A stretch of 64,000 bases of DNA from Somniosus microcephalus. Lineage: Eukaryota. Where the stretch lies: NCBI GenBank assembly GCA_052327205.1, contig CM126223.1, forward strand, positions 61,380,001-61,444,000, written 5' to 3'. The position numbers and the translations under genes were made by a program. This document shows positions 48,561 to 61,880 of this stretch, in pieces (the first letter of the stretch is position 1; every line of letters starts with the position of its first letter). Below the pieces are notes generated by a model. It saw only the letters and a program-made list of their open reading frames with translations, was not told the origin of the DNA and ran no database searches.

Positions 48561-50184
48561 ATATGCACATGCGTTCATATATGCAATCTCCAGATAACCT
48601 TTTCAGGCAGCCGTCTACCTACACTTCAGTGCTTCCTCATGAGCTGTGGACATTTGCCACCAGCATGGTAAAAGGATCCTCACAGGATATATTGCAACAT
48701 GCCAACTGCCTTGATGTTCTGGACATCCATGGCTAATGCAGTGTGCCAGGCTTACTCGTCGCCAACCGCTTAATTCAGGTGATCATCATGTAGGGGACTT
48801 TGGGAAAGCGACATGTCTGACATGAGACTGACTCCTCCTGCAGAGTGCGGAGCAACAGGTCAGTTCTTCATCCCTGTAACTGTTTTCTCTTTTCACCACA
48901 AATCCATCTCTTTGATCCCACATATGGACCGAAGAAAGATCTTCTGGTGAAGAACACATGCCCGGGGCTTTGTCCTAGACCTAACTTGATGATGTCTTGA
49001 AACATGAATGGCTATTCTGACTAGGATGAGGTGTGAACATTTACTTATGAAGTGACTATGCTCTCCCATCTTAGAACTTGACTGATCAACAGTTCTTTGG
49101 TCAGAGGTCTCTTGGTCTGTGAAAAATGCCAGACTACTGTATCTTCAGTTCAGTTTTGGTGGAGTCTAAAGCAACAGCAGAGAAGTGCATTAGCTCACCC
49201 ACATGCAAATTTCTCATTAGATAGTTTACTAAAGCCAGTGCCCTCCACAGATGTTGCTGTTTGTTGAACTGAGCAACAAATAATCTCCAAAGGTATATTT
49301 TAAACTTTTGTGGACTGGTTCAATCGTTTTTGTTTTATAAGCATTTGTACAAATAATATTTTGCTGATTTCTTTTGCCACTGTATAATCTTAAATCTCCT
49401 AAATAAATCCAATATTTAGTTTTAATCTGTATGTGGTCCAACAGAGTGGAACTTGCTGCCCAGAAAGAGCAGGTGAGGCCATGCAACTTCTAATAATTGT
49501 AGGGATAATCGTTACTCCTGTGGCACACGACACCCATTCATGACCAGTCTTATTGATAATTATTAAAGACCATTTTTTTTCTATTTCTTTACGGAAATTT
49601 GCAGCTGGCCAACAAGTTACTACTTTAGTTTAACTTCTGGTTAGAAACAGACTTGCTAAGTGAATATCTATAATGCAGCGTGCCATACTAACATTATTTT
49701 AATGGGGGGGAATGAATCATGTCTGGCCACATAAATAACTTAAAATGATCGTTGAATCCATGTAAGTGGCAGAAACACTTACTGTTGTTCAGCTGTTTTT
49801 ATTTCTCAGCTACATAATCAGTAGTGAGCATTTGTCCCATTAGGGGTCATGAAAGTAAGGCTCTCACAGCTTGGCTTTGTCCTGGAAGGGAGTAGATGGG
49901 TGGAAACAGGTTTCTGGGAAACAGCCTGATGAACCCCGTGATGAGTAATAGCTATATTCAACTGTGAAAGACACCTTTTTGATAGTCCTTTATCTCAGTT
50001 TGGATTTCAAATACAGAAAGTTGGTATAACTGTTATATGAATCAAGGTACTTTAGTGGATTTCTGCAGTGCCAAGTAGAGAACACTTTAAAACCGGATTT
50101 CACATCTAAATTTCAGAGTATAGTCACTGGTTCATGTTAAGTATCACTATGGAACACCTCCAGGGCTTTGAAATATCTTAAATA

Positions 50185-50740
50185 ACAACAGAAAATGCTG
50201 GAAAAACTCAGCAGGCCAGGCAACATCCGTGGAGAGAGAAATAGAGTCAACGTTTCAGGTCGAAACCCTTTGTCAAGACTGAAAAAGCTCAGGAAATGAA
50301 ACAGATTAAAAGGCCAGTTTGGGGGCTGGGAAATGGGGTTGAAAGAACAAAAGAGAAGTGAAGAGACATTAAGAGGTATTCAAAACCAGACGAGATGGTG
50401 ATAGGACTAGTGGAGACAAAAGACGGCTCCAGATTAGGTGTGAAATGCGCTGGCAGAATGAGAGACAGCTGCCATGTGGGAGAGAGAAAAAGGGGGAAGG
50501 GCACAAAACAAAGGTGTGGATAAAAAATAAGAAAAAAAAGTAAAAATGTAATGGGGGCCAAGGTTATGATCTGAAATTGTTGAACTCGATAGAGTCCGGA
50601 AGGCTGTAAAGTGCCCAATCGGAAGATGAGGTGCTGTTCCTCGAGCTTACGCTGAGCTTCCGTGGAACAATGCAAGAGCCCGAGTACAGTGAGGTCTGAG
50701 TGGGAATGGGGCGGTGAATTAAAGTGACAGGCCACCGGAA
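50185..50740 (-). mobile_element. Penelope-like element fragment (GIY-YIG endonuclease C-terminus and terminal repeat)
   Basis: ORF 50289..50735: ACHFNSPPHSHSDLTVLGLLHC...RKLEEQHLIFRLGTLQPSGL. Confidence 0.85.
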
Positions 50741-51059
50741 ATATCTTTGTTGTTTTGGAATTATTCAGGGATTATAATTTTAAGTAATTTTTGCAATCCA
50801 GTGAAATCTGCTGTTTGCTTTTACTAATTCTACTTACCTGCTTTGTACTGTAGCCTGAAAATATGGACATCCAAGTGTTATTTGTCCATCCACCAGAGAG
50901 TGCAAGAGATCTTGTACAATCAGCATCACAAGGGATTAGTCATTCACCATCATGCATTAGGTCAGATTTCAGTTCAGGAAGTATGGGCTGGCCTGTGGAA
51001 GTTCTCCTGTATGTTGGGTATGAGACAAAGTATCTGGAATGTATCCAAACTGTAACAAT

Positions 51060-52275
51060 GTTAACAACTTACATTTATATAACGACTTAACATAGTAGAA
51101 ACGACCCAAACGTTAACCAGAGCGTTATCAACAAAAAATATTTTTGACACCGAGCCACAAAAGGAACTATCAGGACAGATGACCAAAAGCTTGATCGGAG
51201 AGGTAGGTTTTAAGGAGCACCTTAAAAGAGGGAGAGAGCAATGTTTCCTTTAAGCTGTGCGGCCGTGCAGCACTCCAGGGAACTCGCGCAGTCGGCTTAC
51301 CGACTTTCCATTGCAAAAACTGCACGTGCGCGGTATTTTGAAAGGACCGTGTGGTGCCAAAAGAAATCACATGAAACATTGATAAAGAGGTGGAGGGGTT
51401 TAGGGAAGGAATTCCAGAGCTTAGGGCCAAGGCAGCTGGAAACACGGCCGCCAATGGTGGAGCTATTAAAAATCAGGGATGCACAAGAGGCCAGAGTTGC
51501 AAGAGCGCAGAGATCTTGAAGGCTTGCAGGGCTGGAGGAGATAGAGAGGAGGCGAGGACATGGAAGGATTTGAAAACAAGGTTGAGAATTTAAAAATTGA
51601 TGCTTTGTGGGACCGGGAGCCAGTGGTGATAGGTGAATGAGATTTGGAGCAAATTAAGATATGGGCCAGAGTTTTGGATGAGCACAAGTTTATGTAGGGT
51701 GGAAGATGGGAGGCTGGCCAGGAGAACATTGGAATAGTCGAGTCTGGAGGTATCAAAGGCATGGATGAGGGTTTCAGCAGCAGATGAGCTGAGGCAGGGT
51801 CGGTGTCGAGCGATGTTACGGAGGTTTAAGTAGGCAGTCTTGGTGGAGCAGATATGTGGTCGGAAACTGTTCTCAGGGTCAAACACAACACCAAGGTTGC
51901 AAACAATCTTACTCATCTTAAGACAGTTCCCAGGGATGGAAACAATGGTCAGGAAATGGAGTTTGTGGCAGGAACCAAAGGCAATGGCTTCAGCTTCCCA
52001 ATATTTAGTTGGAGGAAATTTCTGCTCATCCAATATTGGTTGTCGGACAAGCAGTGTGACAAATGAGAGACATAAGAGGGGTCCAAAGAGGTGGTGGTGA
52101 GATAGAGCAGAGTGTCATTGGCCTACACGTGGAACCTGACGTCGTGTTTTCGGATGGTCTCGCAGAGGGGCAAAATGTAGATGAGAAATAGAAGGGGGCC
52201 AAGGATAGATCCTTGGGGGACTCGAAGTAACGGTGTGCGAGTGGGACGAGAAGCCACTGCAGGCGACTCTGTGAT
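51060..52275 (-). mobile_element. L2 LINE relic
   Basis: ORF 51590..52033: NLGVVFD...LRNIARHRPCLS..AETLIHAFDTSRLDYSNVLL. Confidence 0.9.
51239..51381. mobile_element. Small hAT-like MITE inserted in L2
   Basis: 9-bp TIR caatgtttc / gaaacattg; interrupts L2 sequence; imperfect 8-bp flanks ggagagag / ataaagag. Confidence 0.55.
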
Positions 52276-52569
52276 TAGATAGATAATGCATAATGTTGCA
52301 AGTTTCAGATCATAGGTGATGCCAGTCTACTTATGAAAACTGCAATTTGCTGTGAACATAAATAAAACAAAATGGAGGTGGAGTTCCAACAATAACCTTT
52401 TTTTCTAAAAATTACCTCAAATTTGAAATTTTATGCTTTCTTGTTTTTCACAAAAATATTCTTTCACTATCCCAAAAATGGTTTCCCAGGACATTTCAAT
52501 TTCAATCATTTTCCATTAATGCACCAGAATGAGAAGGGCAAGGACTTACAAACAGTAACTTCTGGCATA

Positions 52570-52855
52570 ACAGCAACAAATGCTGGAAGCACTCAGCAGG
52601 CCAGGCAGCATCCGTGGAGAAAGAAACAAGAGTTAACGTTTCAGGTCTGGGACCCTTCATCAGAACTGGAAAAAGGTTAGAGATGTAACAAGTTTTAAGC
52701 AGGTGCAGAGGCAGGAAAAGGGAGGGGAGTGGAGGAAGGAACTGAAGGAATAGTCTGTGCTAGGGTAGGAGGCAGGAGAAATTAAATATTGCCGAGTGCT
52801 TCCAGCATTTTCTGTTGTTATTTCAGATTTCCAGCATCTGCAGTATTTTGCTATT
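52570..52855. mobile_element. Penelope-derived short element with inverted termini and a 15-bp flanking direct repeat
   Basis: aaatgctggaagcactc ... gagtgcttccagcattt inverted copies; gtaacttctggcata at 52555-52569 and 52856-52870. Confidence 0.8.
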
Positions 52856-55732
52856 GTAACTTCTGGCATACTCTGGCCACTTTTGCCACCAATCACAAGT
52901 TTCCAAAGGTTGGACACACATGTGCATGATGGGATCTGTAGCCTACTTACATAAGTCTCTTCAGGAACGGTCTTGGTCTGGGAAACTGCATAAACTCAAG
53001 GTTCAAGGTTCTGTCATAGGCATAGACCACAGATGGAAAATACTGTTGCACAAGTTCTAAAAGTTTAATAATTTAGTTGTAAAAGTTACAAATGTTTAAT
53101 TGCCAACAAGGCTGGCAATTCACAGAATATGCCATAACTGGGAGCTGTAGGCTGCTGTCCTAGTTATTCTCTTCAGCTAATAGGGATAGGTTTGGGAACC
53201 TCCATGAACTCAAGACTCGGCCTTCTCACATAAGCACAGGCCTATGATGGGAAACATTATGAAAGAAATTTCTAACAAAAAATGCTTTTATAAAGTATAA
53301 TGTTATGCAAAAGCTCTCCCCCACCCACCCCAACCTTCTGAATTGGGCCAATTGGCTAAAATTAACATGTTAAAAATGAAAAATTATCAAATTCAAATTG
53401 GCTCAACCCTGCTTATGTGCTGGGATTAAAAGATAAACCCCTGCACTAAATCAGAAATATAACAATTCTTTATAATCTGGACCAGCAAAATAATTTTAAA
53501 AAACTTATTGAATTTTTAAAGCCTGGAGTGATTTAAAAGAATTGTGTGTTTGTACAATCCTACTTCTGGTTTGGAACTGACACTGCATATGTGCAAACAA
53601 AGCTCAATTAAAAAATAACCACCAAACTGCAGAAGCCAAATTTATGGTAAAAATCAATGTAAAATATTGATTCCCACCCTGCTGGCTACAAAATAACACA
53701 GGCAGTAAAGCTCAACTGAACACCAAAAGCTGCAGCAACTTTTGCAAACCCAGGAGGGGGTCTTAAAGAAATTATGTTCCAGAAATTTGCAATACCATAC
53801 AGCCAATTCTATTGGAAAGAACAAAGCATTTTATGCAGAATTGTTTACATTTTTAAAGGATTATGTAATAAATATTACTTTCACTGGCAAATTTTAAGTT
53901 AAGTTGGAAGAAAATGTCAAAATAATGGCTTGAACTAACTTTCTTGACTGATTTCATTGGCTACATTCTGCTACTGTACTCACTCATTGGGACTTACTGA
54001 CCGAATCTAAATGCTTTCAATTCATTCACATTTAAGTCAATTGGGTATCTGATTAGTAACTTAATAGTTAAGTTCTCATTTCAACGTTCACTATTTATTC
54101 CCTCTAGACACACTATACCCTCAAGTGACACTTTCAGGTGAGACAGGTTTGTAAACTTATTAGAAATACAATAAACAGAGGTGCAGCACATATTAGCTCT
54201 CCTATGATTCCTCTACAAAGGCACAGCATAGAAATCTAGGGAAAGTCGCCCTTGTCTGGTTTCTCTCACCTTCTCGTGACTAGTTACACAGCTGTAGCAA
54301 CGCAGGGCTCGACAGGTTTTTTTTTTGCCCTCTCCACCATGGTAGATGATACAAAGCAGCCTTGGAGGGGGTGGAAAATGGAAGAAAACAAGTAGCTTTC
54401 CAAGAAGGAAATATCTTTCTGTAAAGATAACTGGAAACAGTGCTAGCAGAAAACTGGCCCAAATTAAAAATCACCCTCTCAAAAGTATGAGGGTAGAGTT
54501 GTTTTTTTTTTTTTAAAAACCACTTTCCCCCTCCCTTTGCAATGGTGCTGTAACTGCATTTTAAACAAAGACCGAACCACATAACCTAGGAAATCCAAGG
54601 TTATACTCCTATACTTCCTTTGGGTTGATAGTATGGACTCTACACCTGGTCTAGGGAGGAGGGGTTGAAAATATTTACCAGGGAACCCACTCCGAATTGC
54701 CATATAGCAGACCTTGTTCAAAAATGTGTGTGTTTGCAGACAGTGGATGAGGATAAGTAGCGCTGATACTCTCAACATTTAAATATTCTGACAGCATTCA
54801 CTGTCTAAGAAAGACTTGCATTTATATAGCGCCTTTCATGACCACCGGACGTCTCAAAGTGCTTTACAGCCAATGAAGTACTTTTTTGGAGTGTAGTCAC
54901 TGTTGTTAATAACATATCAAGCCAGTATCTTTTTGTCTACCTGTTGGTGGAAAGGGATGCATAATCATAGCAGTAGATATGCTGGTGTGAGAAAATAGCT
55001 TTTTGTCAGTGTTGAATGTTTAGCTTGTGCATATTAGGAACAGTATACACTGCGTTAATTGTGGCTGTGAACTGGTTTCTGCAAGGCATAGAAGATGCAC
55101 ATTATGTTAAGATAAAGTTCAATTAATATGCATCAGAATGGTGGTTTCCCATGAAACAAAATATATTTTCATGTTAATGTAAGCTGATTGCAAAGGCTTT
55201 TAGTTCTATTTATCATAGATGGATCAAATGGGGGGACAAACATCCATACCATTATCAAAGGATGACGGTTGATCTAATTAGAGGTCAATCATGCAGTTGC
55301 CTATCATTTCACTATAATTTAAAAAGGGGTTCCGATTACATTTCTATGGGTAAACTTGTCTGAGAAAGTGGCTGAATCCATTTTCAGCTTTGCAGCCAGC
55401 AGTAAGCTTGGTGCCAACCAGCAGAAAAACTAGAAATAAAAACAGAAAATGCTGGAAACACTTAGATCAGACAGCATCTGTGGAGCAAGAAAGTTAATAT
55501 TTCAGGTTGATGACCTTCAGATTTCCAACATCTGCAGTATTTTGCTTTTGTAACAGAAACTAGGTTAGTTTGAGATGATAGTGTTTCACAGCGCAAGAAG
55601 GGAGTTTCTGTTGGAGGTCTATAGCGAGTGGTGTCTATTATTTTATGTATTGAGGATTGTGAACTGTATGATTCACTGTTTTGTACAGTATACTGTTCAT
55701 TTGTCTTATTTAAATAAACCATGTTATTTACA

Positions 55733-56100
55733 GTGTCAGCCATGGCTCAGTTCGTAGCACCCTAGCCTCTGAGTCAGAAGCTTGTGGGTTCAAGTCCCAC
55801 TCCAGAGACTCAAGTACAAAAATCTAGGCCAACACTCCAGTGCATCACTGAGGGCGTACTGTACTGTTGGAGGTGTCGTCTTTCAGATGAGATATTAAAC
55901 AGAGGCCCCATCTGCTCAGGTGTACGTAAAATATCTAATGGCACTATTTTGAAGAATAGCAGCAGAGTTATCCCTCAATCAACGTTACTAAAACATATCT
56001 GTTCATTATTGCTATTTGTAGGAGCTTGCTGTGTGCAAATTGTCTGTAAAGCACTTTGGGATGTCCGGTAGTCATGAAAGGCACTATATAAATGCAATTT
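55733..56100 (+). mobile_element. tRNA-Deu SINE
   Basis: gtgtcagccatggctcagt A box, gggttcaagtccc B box, gaggccccatctg...tggcactattttgaag Deu core, L2-like tail. Confidence 0.85.
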
Positions 56101-56149
56101 TTTTTTCCTTTTGTCTGTTTCAGTTTTAAGTATATTAAGTCTATTTTCA

Positions 56150-56790
56150 AAGAGAGCAGAATTTTCTAGAGGAATAGAATTGAAAAGCAGATAAGTTATG
56201 TTAAATTTGTATAGAATCTTGGTTAGACCACACCGAGTACGGTGTAGTTATGGCCTCCATATTTTAAAAAGGAAATAGAGGTATTGGAGAAGGTGCAAAA
56301 CAGATTTACAAGGATACCAGAACTGAGAGGTTATAACTATCAAGAAGGACTGAGCAGGCTGGGGCTCTTTTCTCTAAAAAAAGGCCAAGAGATGACTTAA
56401 GAGGTCTTTACATCTACCCTATCAAACCCCATCATAATTTTACCCCATCAAAATTTTACCCTATCAAACCCCATCATAATTTTACCCCATCAAACCCCAT
56501 CATAATTTTAAAGAAAATGTTTCTGCTTGAGGGAATCCAGAACTAGGGGTCATAAATATAAGTCACTAATAAAGACAATAGGTAATTCAGGAGAAACTTC
56601 TTTACCCAGAGTGGTTGGAATGTGGAACTTGCTATCACATGGAGTAGTTGATGCAACTAAGGGGTAGCTAGATAAGTACATGAGGGAGAAATGAATAAAA
56701 AGTTATGCTGATAAGATTAGATGAAGTCACTGGTGTAGACTGGTTAGGTCGAATGGCCTGTGTCTCTGCTGTACATTCTATGTAATTCTA
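56150..56790 (+). mobile_element. CR1 LINE 3' portion with an internal inverted and amplified segment
   Basis: ttggttagaccacac (LVRPH), tggagaaggtgcaaaa, aaacttctttacccagag, and a tail ending ttctatgtaattctatg. Confidence 0.85.
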
Positions 56791-58869
56791 TGAATCAGCT
56801 GGTGGACATGACACTTTGCAGTAGCCACTGTACAGATGAAGGGTTCTCATGATCCTTAGGTTTCACTTTAATTTACCTGTAACTTGAGCAGGTTAACATA
56901 TGCTGTTTTGTATGGAACACATGGTCCACTTGAGTGGCTGACGATGCAGGACCAGAGAAAAATAGAACCTGAAAATATGACAGCTAGGTTATCATTACAA
57001 AGTTTTGAGATTGCGTGACTGAAAGCTTCTTAGTCATAAACTGGAAAAATAACTTACATTGAAAGTCTGAAACTGCAGGTCGGTCTCCAGATAACACATA
57101 CAAGAAATATAGCTAACTACCTTCTTTTATTACTGGCTAAAACTGATCATGCACTACAAGGTAATTTTACCACAGAACCACAATGGGAACATTGGCAGCT
57201 ACAAGGCAACAGATGGTGCTGCTCTTCACGAAGCTAGCAAACCCAAAATTTAACTTAAAAAAAAAACATGCTGCATTTAAAAATGTGAATTATATGCTGC
57301 AAGTCAATGTATAAGACATATAAATGGAACTTAAGCAGTCATGTTTTCTTACAAAATATTAGGACTGTGCAGTGACTTGAGAAAAAGTTACATTGCTCAT
57401 TTCCCTATACCCCTTGAGATTTACAAATTCTTTTGCAAATGTTACACAGCATATGCACATATTTGGAAAGCTGTGTCTGAGTACTTGAAATATCTACTTA
57501 AACTTAATAGTAAATGATATGGGACAGAATATTTAGCGATTGTCCCTTGCGTTCTTGGAACAAAGTCAAACTGCTGCGTCTGACTGTTTCAAACCCAAAA
57601 CCCAATAGCCAGGTGCCCTTGTTATACAATTTGGATCTGCTGTAGATACACTCATGGACTCTGCATCAGTCACTCCCTCAATACTCCACTGAAGGGGTAG
57701 CCTAGATGATGTGCTCAAGTTCTGGGGTGGGATTTCACTCAGAGGTGGGAGTGCTACCACTGAACCAAGGTTGACACCCAATACAAGTGACTATACTGCA
57801 AAAGTACTTAGTTGGCTGCGAATCACTTTAGGGTGTCCTGACGTAACAAAAAGCGCTATATAAATGCATGTTCTTTCTTTAATGGCTTATCGATAGGAGA
57901 GTTGACCCACACTGCTCTGTATCTACTTGTACAATAGCATAAACCAAGGATGCAACATCAGCATTCTTTTGTGATAGAAGACAGACCAAGTAAACACTTG
58001 GCGATGCAACACTTGATACAAGTTGTTAAACTACTTTATTTCACACAAGATGAACATACAGAGCAACAATTATTACCGGTTTCATTTATTTCAATCAATA
58101 CAACTTGTATCTATGTAATAATAAATGTGAACAAGCATCAGTAAGTCACTTAACTTAAATGAAGTACTGCTCCACATTCTGGCCACAGCTCAGGCTGGAT
58201 CTCCTGTCTTTTGCCACAAAAAGCTGTTTTGGGGAATTTTTTCTTCTTCAAAAGATCAGTCTTTTCCAACACACAGTGTGAGGTATCTACCCTCCCCATT
58301 ACCTAGACGAGCTACTGAATTACCCTTCAACTAGGATCCTTTTCTCCAAAACTTGAGAACAGATTTCTTCCACAAAAACATTGAATGCAACTCCATTTCA
58401 AATCCTTTGTGGAGTCAGAACGTCCTTTGACATGAGTCATCACATCTTGACATTAATATTTGAAAGGTTTGTGTATAGGTGAATGTTACATGTATGTATA
58501 TATAAATCTGTACTAAAAATCTTACATCTGCACACTTGTGATATACATCGCTTGACTTCTTGGTGTCCTCTTTCCATTATAAATTCATATGTACACATTT
58601 ATAATGAAAATGCATCTGAAAACTTGTCACTGCACACTTCGGCCAATGCCAATGGTTTCACATAATTCTTTCAAAATGTTTTCTGAATTTTTTCAATGAC
58701 ATTTCTAATGGATAGAATAAGGGTGTAAACAAAATAAAAAATCATAACAAATAAATTTGTCCATCTAATTGTCTTTTGAGCCTTTAAGGTCTTCAGGGCC
58801 CGAGTCTCTCCAAAGGTTTCCGCACAAGAGATTAGTTAAAATAAAAGCGCACGGAATTGGAGGTAACTT

Positions 58870-59085
58870 TGTGATATGGGTCAATAATTGATTGGGTGGT
58901 AGGTGATATGAATATAAGGGAATGTTCTGTGATTGGCATGATGTTGCAAGTGGTGTTCCCCAGGGATCTGTACTGGGACCTCAGCTTTTTTTTTATACCA
59001 TGTATACACTAATGACTTGAATGAAGACAGATTTGTATATCCAAGTTTGCAGGTAACACGAAGTTGAGAGGCACAGTAATTTGCG
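58870..59085 (+). mobile_element. CR1 RT fragment
   Basis: agtggtgttccccagggatctgtactgggacctcagc encodes SGVPQGSVLGPQ. Confidence 0.8.
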
Positions 59086-59087
59086 CA

Positions 59088-59785
59088 ATAAAAACAGAAA
59101 ATGCTGGAAATACTCAGCAAGCCAGGCAGCATCTGTGGAGAGAGAGACAGAGTTAATGTTTCAGGTTGATGACCTTATATCAGAATTGGAAGAAGTTGGA
59201 GATTTAACTGTTCTTAAGCAAATACAGAGGCAGGGAAAAGGGAGGGGGGGGGGGAAAGAAAGAGGGGAACAAACAAAAGGGAAGGTCTGTGCTAAGGTGG
59301 AAGGCAGGAGTGATAAAAATGACAAAAGAGATGGACAGTGCAAAGCAATAAAATGGCGGTAATGAGACAAGTATCGAAACAAAAAAGATGGGTCTAAAGG
59401 AACGGCAACAGCACCATTACCAGCTGTTGGGACAAAACTGGAGCATTGGTTATGATTTGAAGTTATTGAAATCAATGTTGAGTCTGGAAGGTTGTAAAGT
59501 GCCTAATCAAAAGAGGAGGTGCTGCTCCTCAAGCTTCATTGGAACTGTGGCAGGCCAAGGACAGAGGGGTCAGCGTGGGAGTGGGACAGGAATTAAAATG
59601 GCAAGCGAACAGAAGCTCAGTGTCACGCTTGCGGACTGAATGGAGGCGTTCAGCAAAGTGATCACCCAATCTGCGTTTGGTCTCCCTAACGTAGAGGAGC
59701 TCGTGAGCAGCAAATACAATATACTAAATAAGTACAAGTAAATCGCTGTTTCACCTGGAAGGAGTGTTTGGAGCCCTGGACGTTA
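59088..59785 (-). mobile_element. Penelope-like element fragment (GIY-YIG)
   Basis: Minus strand around 59640-59740 encodes LYVRETKRRLGDHFAE; same terminal repeat as at 50185. Confidence 0.8.
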
Positions 59786-60519
59786 ACAGTGAGATCCCTA
59801 AAATGGTCATTAATGAAGGCATCATCTTTTCAAAATAAAAGTGAGCAAAGTGGTTTGAAAAATAATTAAAAACTATAAAAGCTAATCCTGGATGACCAAT
59901 CAGGAATCTTACCCATTCAAAGCAAACACACAAGTTTTCTTCCTCTCCACCCCCACCCAACCTGTAAATTCAAATATTCAAAATAAGCTTTAAAACATAA
60001 AAATGACATGCTTCATGGCAACATTATTGAACTTAACCAAAATGTTGTCACGTGTCTAAGTAACTTAACTGTTTCCCTTCTGGCATTTCCTCCACAGATC
60101 TCTCATCCTTTAAATACTCTCTCAAAGTTCATCTCTAACACCAATCTTTCAGTATTTCCCCTTCTGGCTCAGTATCCATACACCCATCTATGAAGCTGCT
60201 TGGTATGTTTTACATTAAAGGCACTAAATAATTGGAAGCTGTTTGTACTTGAAGGTCTTAGCATCTCCCCAAAGCCTTAACTATTGATCAAGTCCATGAC
60301 ACTGGTGCACACAGACCTTGCAATCTGAGCATGTGCAGTCTGCACAATTTCTCATTATGCAGCAGCAGCATTTTATGTGCCGAACTGGTACGATACTGCT
60401 CTTCAATTCCAAACAGTATGTTTGGCTGTTTTTCAACATTTGAAGTTACAGTGCAAATTCCAAAAGCTTTTCTGCAGCTAAGTTTCATGTGTTTCTGCAA
60501 GATCTATTTAAAATATGAC

Positions 60520-61370
60520 AAGTATTAGGAGTAGGCCACATGGCCCTTCGAGTCTGCTCCACCATTCAATAAGATCTTTGACCTCAACTCCACTTTCCCA
60601 CCCGACCCCCATATCCCTCGATTCCCCTAAAGTCCAAAATTCTATCTATCTCAGCCTTGAATATGCTCAATGACTGTGCATCCACAGCCCTTTAGGGTAG
60701 AGAATTCCAAAGATTCACAACCCCCAGTGAAGAAATTCTTCCTCATCTCAGTCCTAAATGGCCAACCCCTTAACCTGAGACTATGCCCCACAGTTCTACT
60801 CTCCAGCCAGGGGAAACATCCGCTTGGCATCTGTCCTGTCAATCCCCCTCAGAATCTTATGCTTCAATGAGATTACCCCTCATTTCTTCTAAACTCGAGT
60901 ATAGGCCCAATCTCTCATCGGACAACCCTCTCAACCCAGGAATCAATCTACTGAACCTTCACTGCACCACCTCTAAGACAAGTATGTCCATCCGCAGATA
61001 AGGAGACTAAAACTGTACACAGTACTCCAGGTGTGGACTCACCAAAGCCCTGTATAATTGTCATAAGACTTCCTTACTCTTGTATTCCAACCCCCTTGCA
61101 ATAAAGACCAACATGCCATTTGTCTTCCTAATCGCTCGCTGTACCTGCATGCTGTTTGTTGTACAAGGGCACCTAAACCTCTCTGAACACCAACATTTAA
61201 TAGTTTCCTCACCATTTCAGTTCTTCCTACCAAAGCAAATAACCTCACATTTCCCCACATTATGCTCTGCCACCTATTGTCTACTCACTTAACCGGTGTC
61301 CTCCTCACAGCTTACTTTCTCACCTAGCTTTGCATCAGCAAACATTACACTCGGTCCCTTCATCCAAGTC
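60520..61370 (-). mobile_element. CR1 LINE 3' portion
   Basis: ORF fragments GHSLRLRGWPFRTEMRKNFFT; gtccacacctggagtactgtgtacag on the minus strand. Confidence 0.85.
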
Positions 61371-61704
61371 ACCTTGCTAATCTACACACCTGTGGCAGCT
61401 TTCATCTTTAAATTCCAATTTATTTTTCTCAAAATTGTGTTTGTGGATAAATGATAATGGTTTTAAGAAAACTAAATAGAAACTACTTAATTTCATAAAG
61501 CTGCCAAGCTGAAAAACTCACATTTAAAATTCAGAAACAAATCTCATTTATTCAGTTGCTGTGGTGTTGAAACTAGTAGCTGTGCAAGGTGTTTTTATAT
61601 AGTAATGTAAGCCATTATGTTCTCTGGATTTTATCCAAAAAAACATAGCAACTCTTATCGCTGGTGAAAGCTTTCTGATGCATTTGCTGGAAGTGTTTCT
61701 GATT

Positions 61705-61880
61705 CGAGTAGTTGAGGCGAATAGCATAGACGCATTCAAGAGGAAGCTAGATAACCCCATGCGGGAGAAAGGATATGTTGATGGGGTTAGATGAAGAGGG
61801 GTGGGAAGAGGCTGGTGTGGAGCATAAACACTGGCAGGGATCTGTTGGACCGAATAGCCTGTTTCTGTGCTGTAAATACT
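61705..61880 (+). mobile_element. CR1 3' tail
   Basis: gtagttgaggcgaatagcatagacgcattcaagaggaagctagat...ggagcataaacac...ccgaatagcctgtttctgtgctgta. Confidence 0.75.

Noticed and set aside
48600-51050. Possible RTE-like LINE remnants at ~48.6-49.2 kb and ~50.8-51.05 kb
   Set aside because: Too degraded to assign by eye, so not listed as features.
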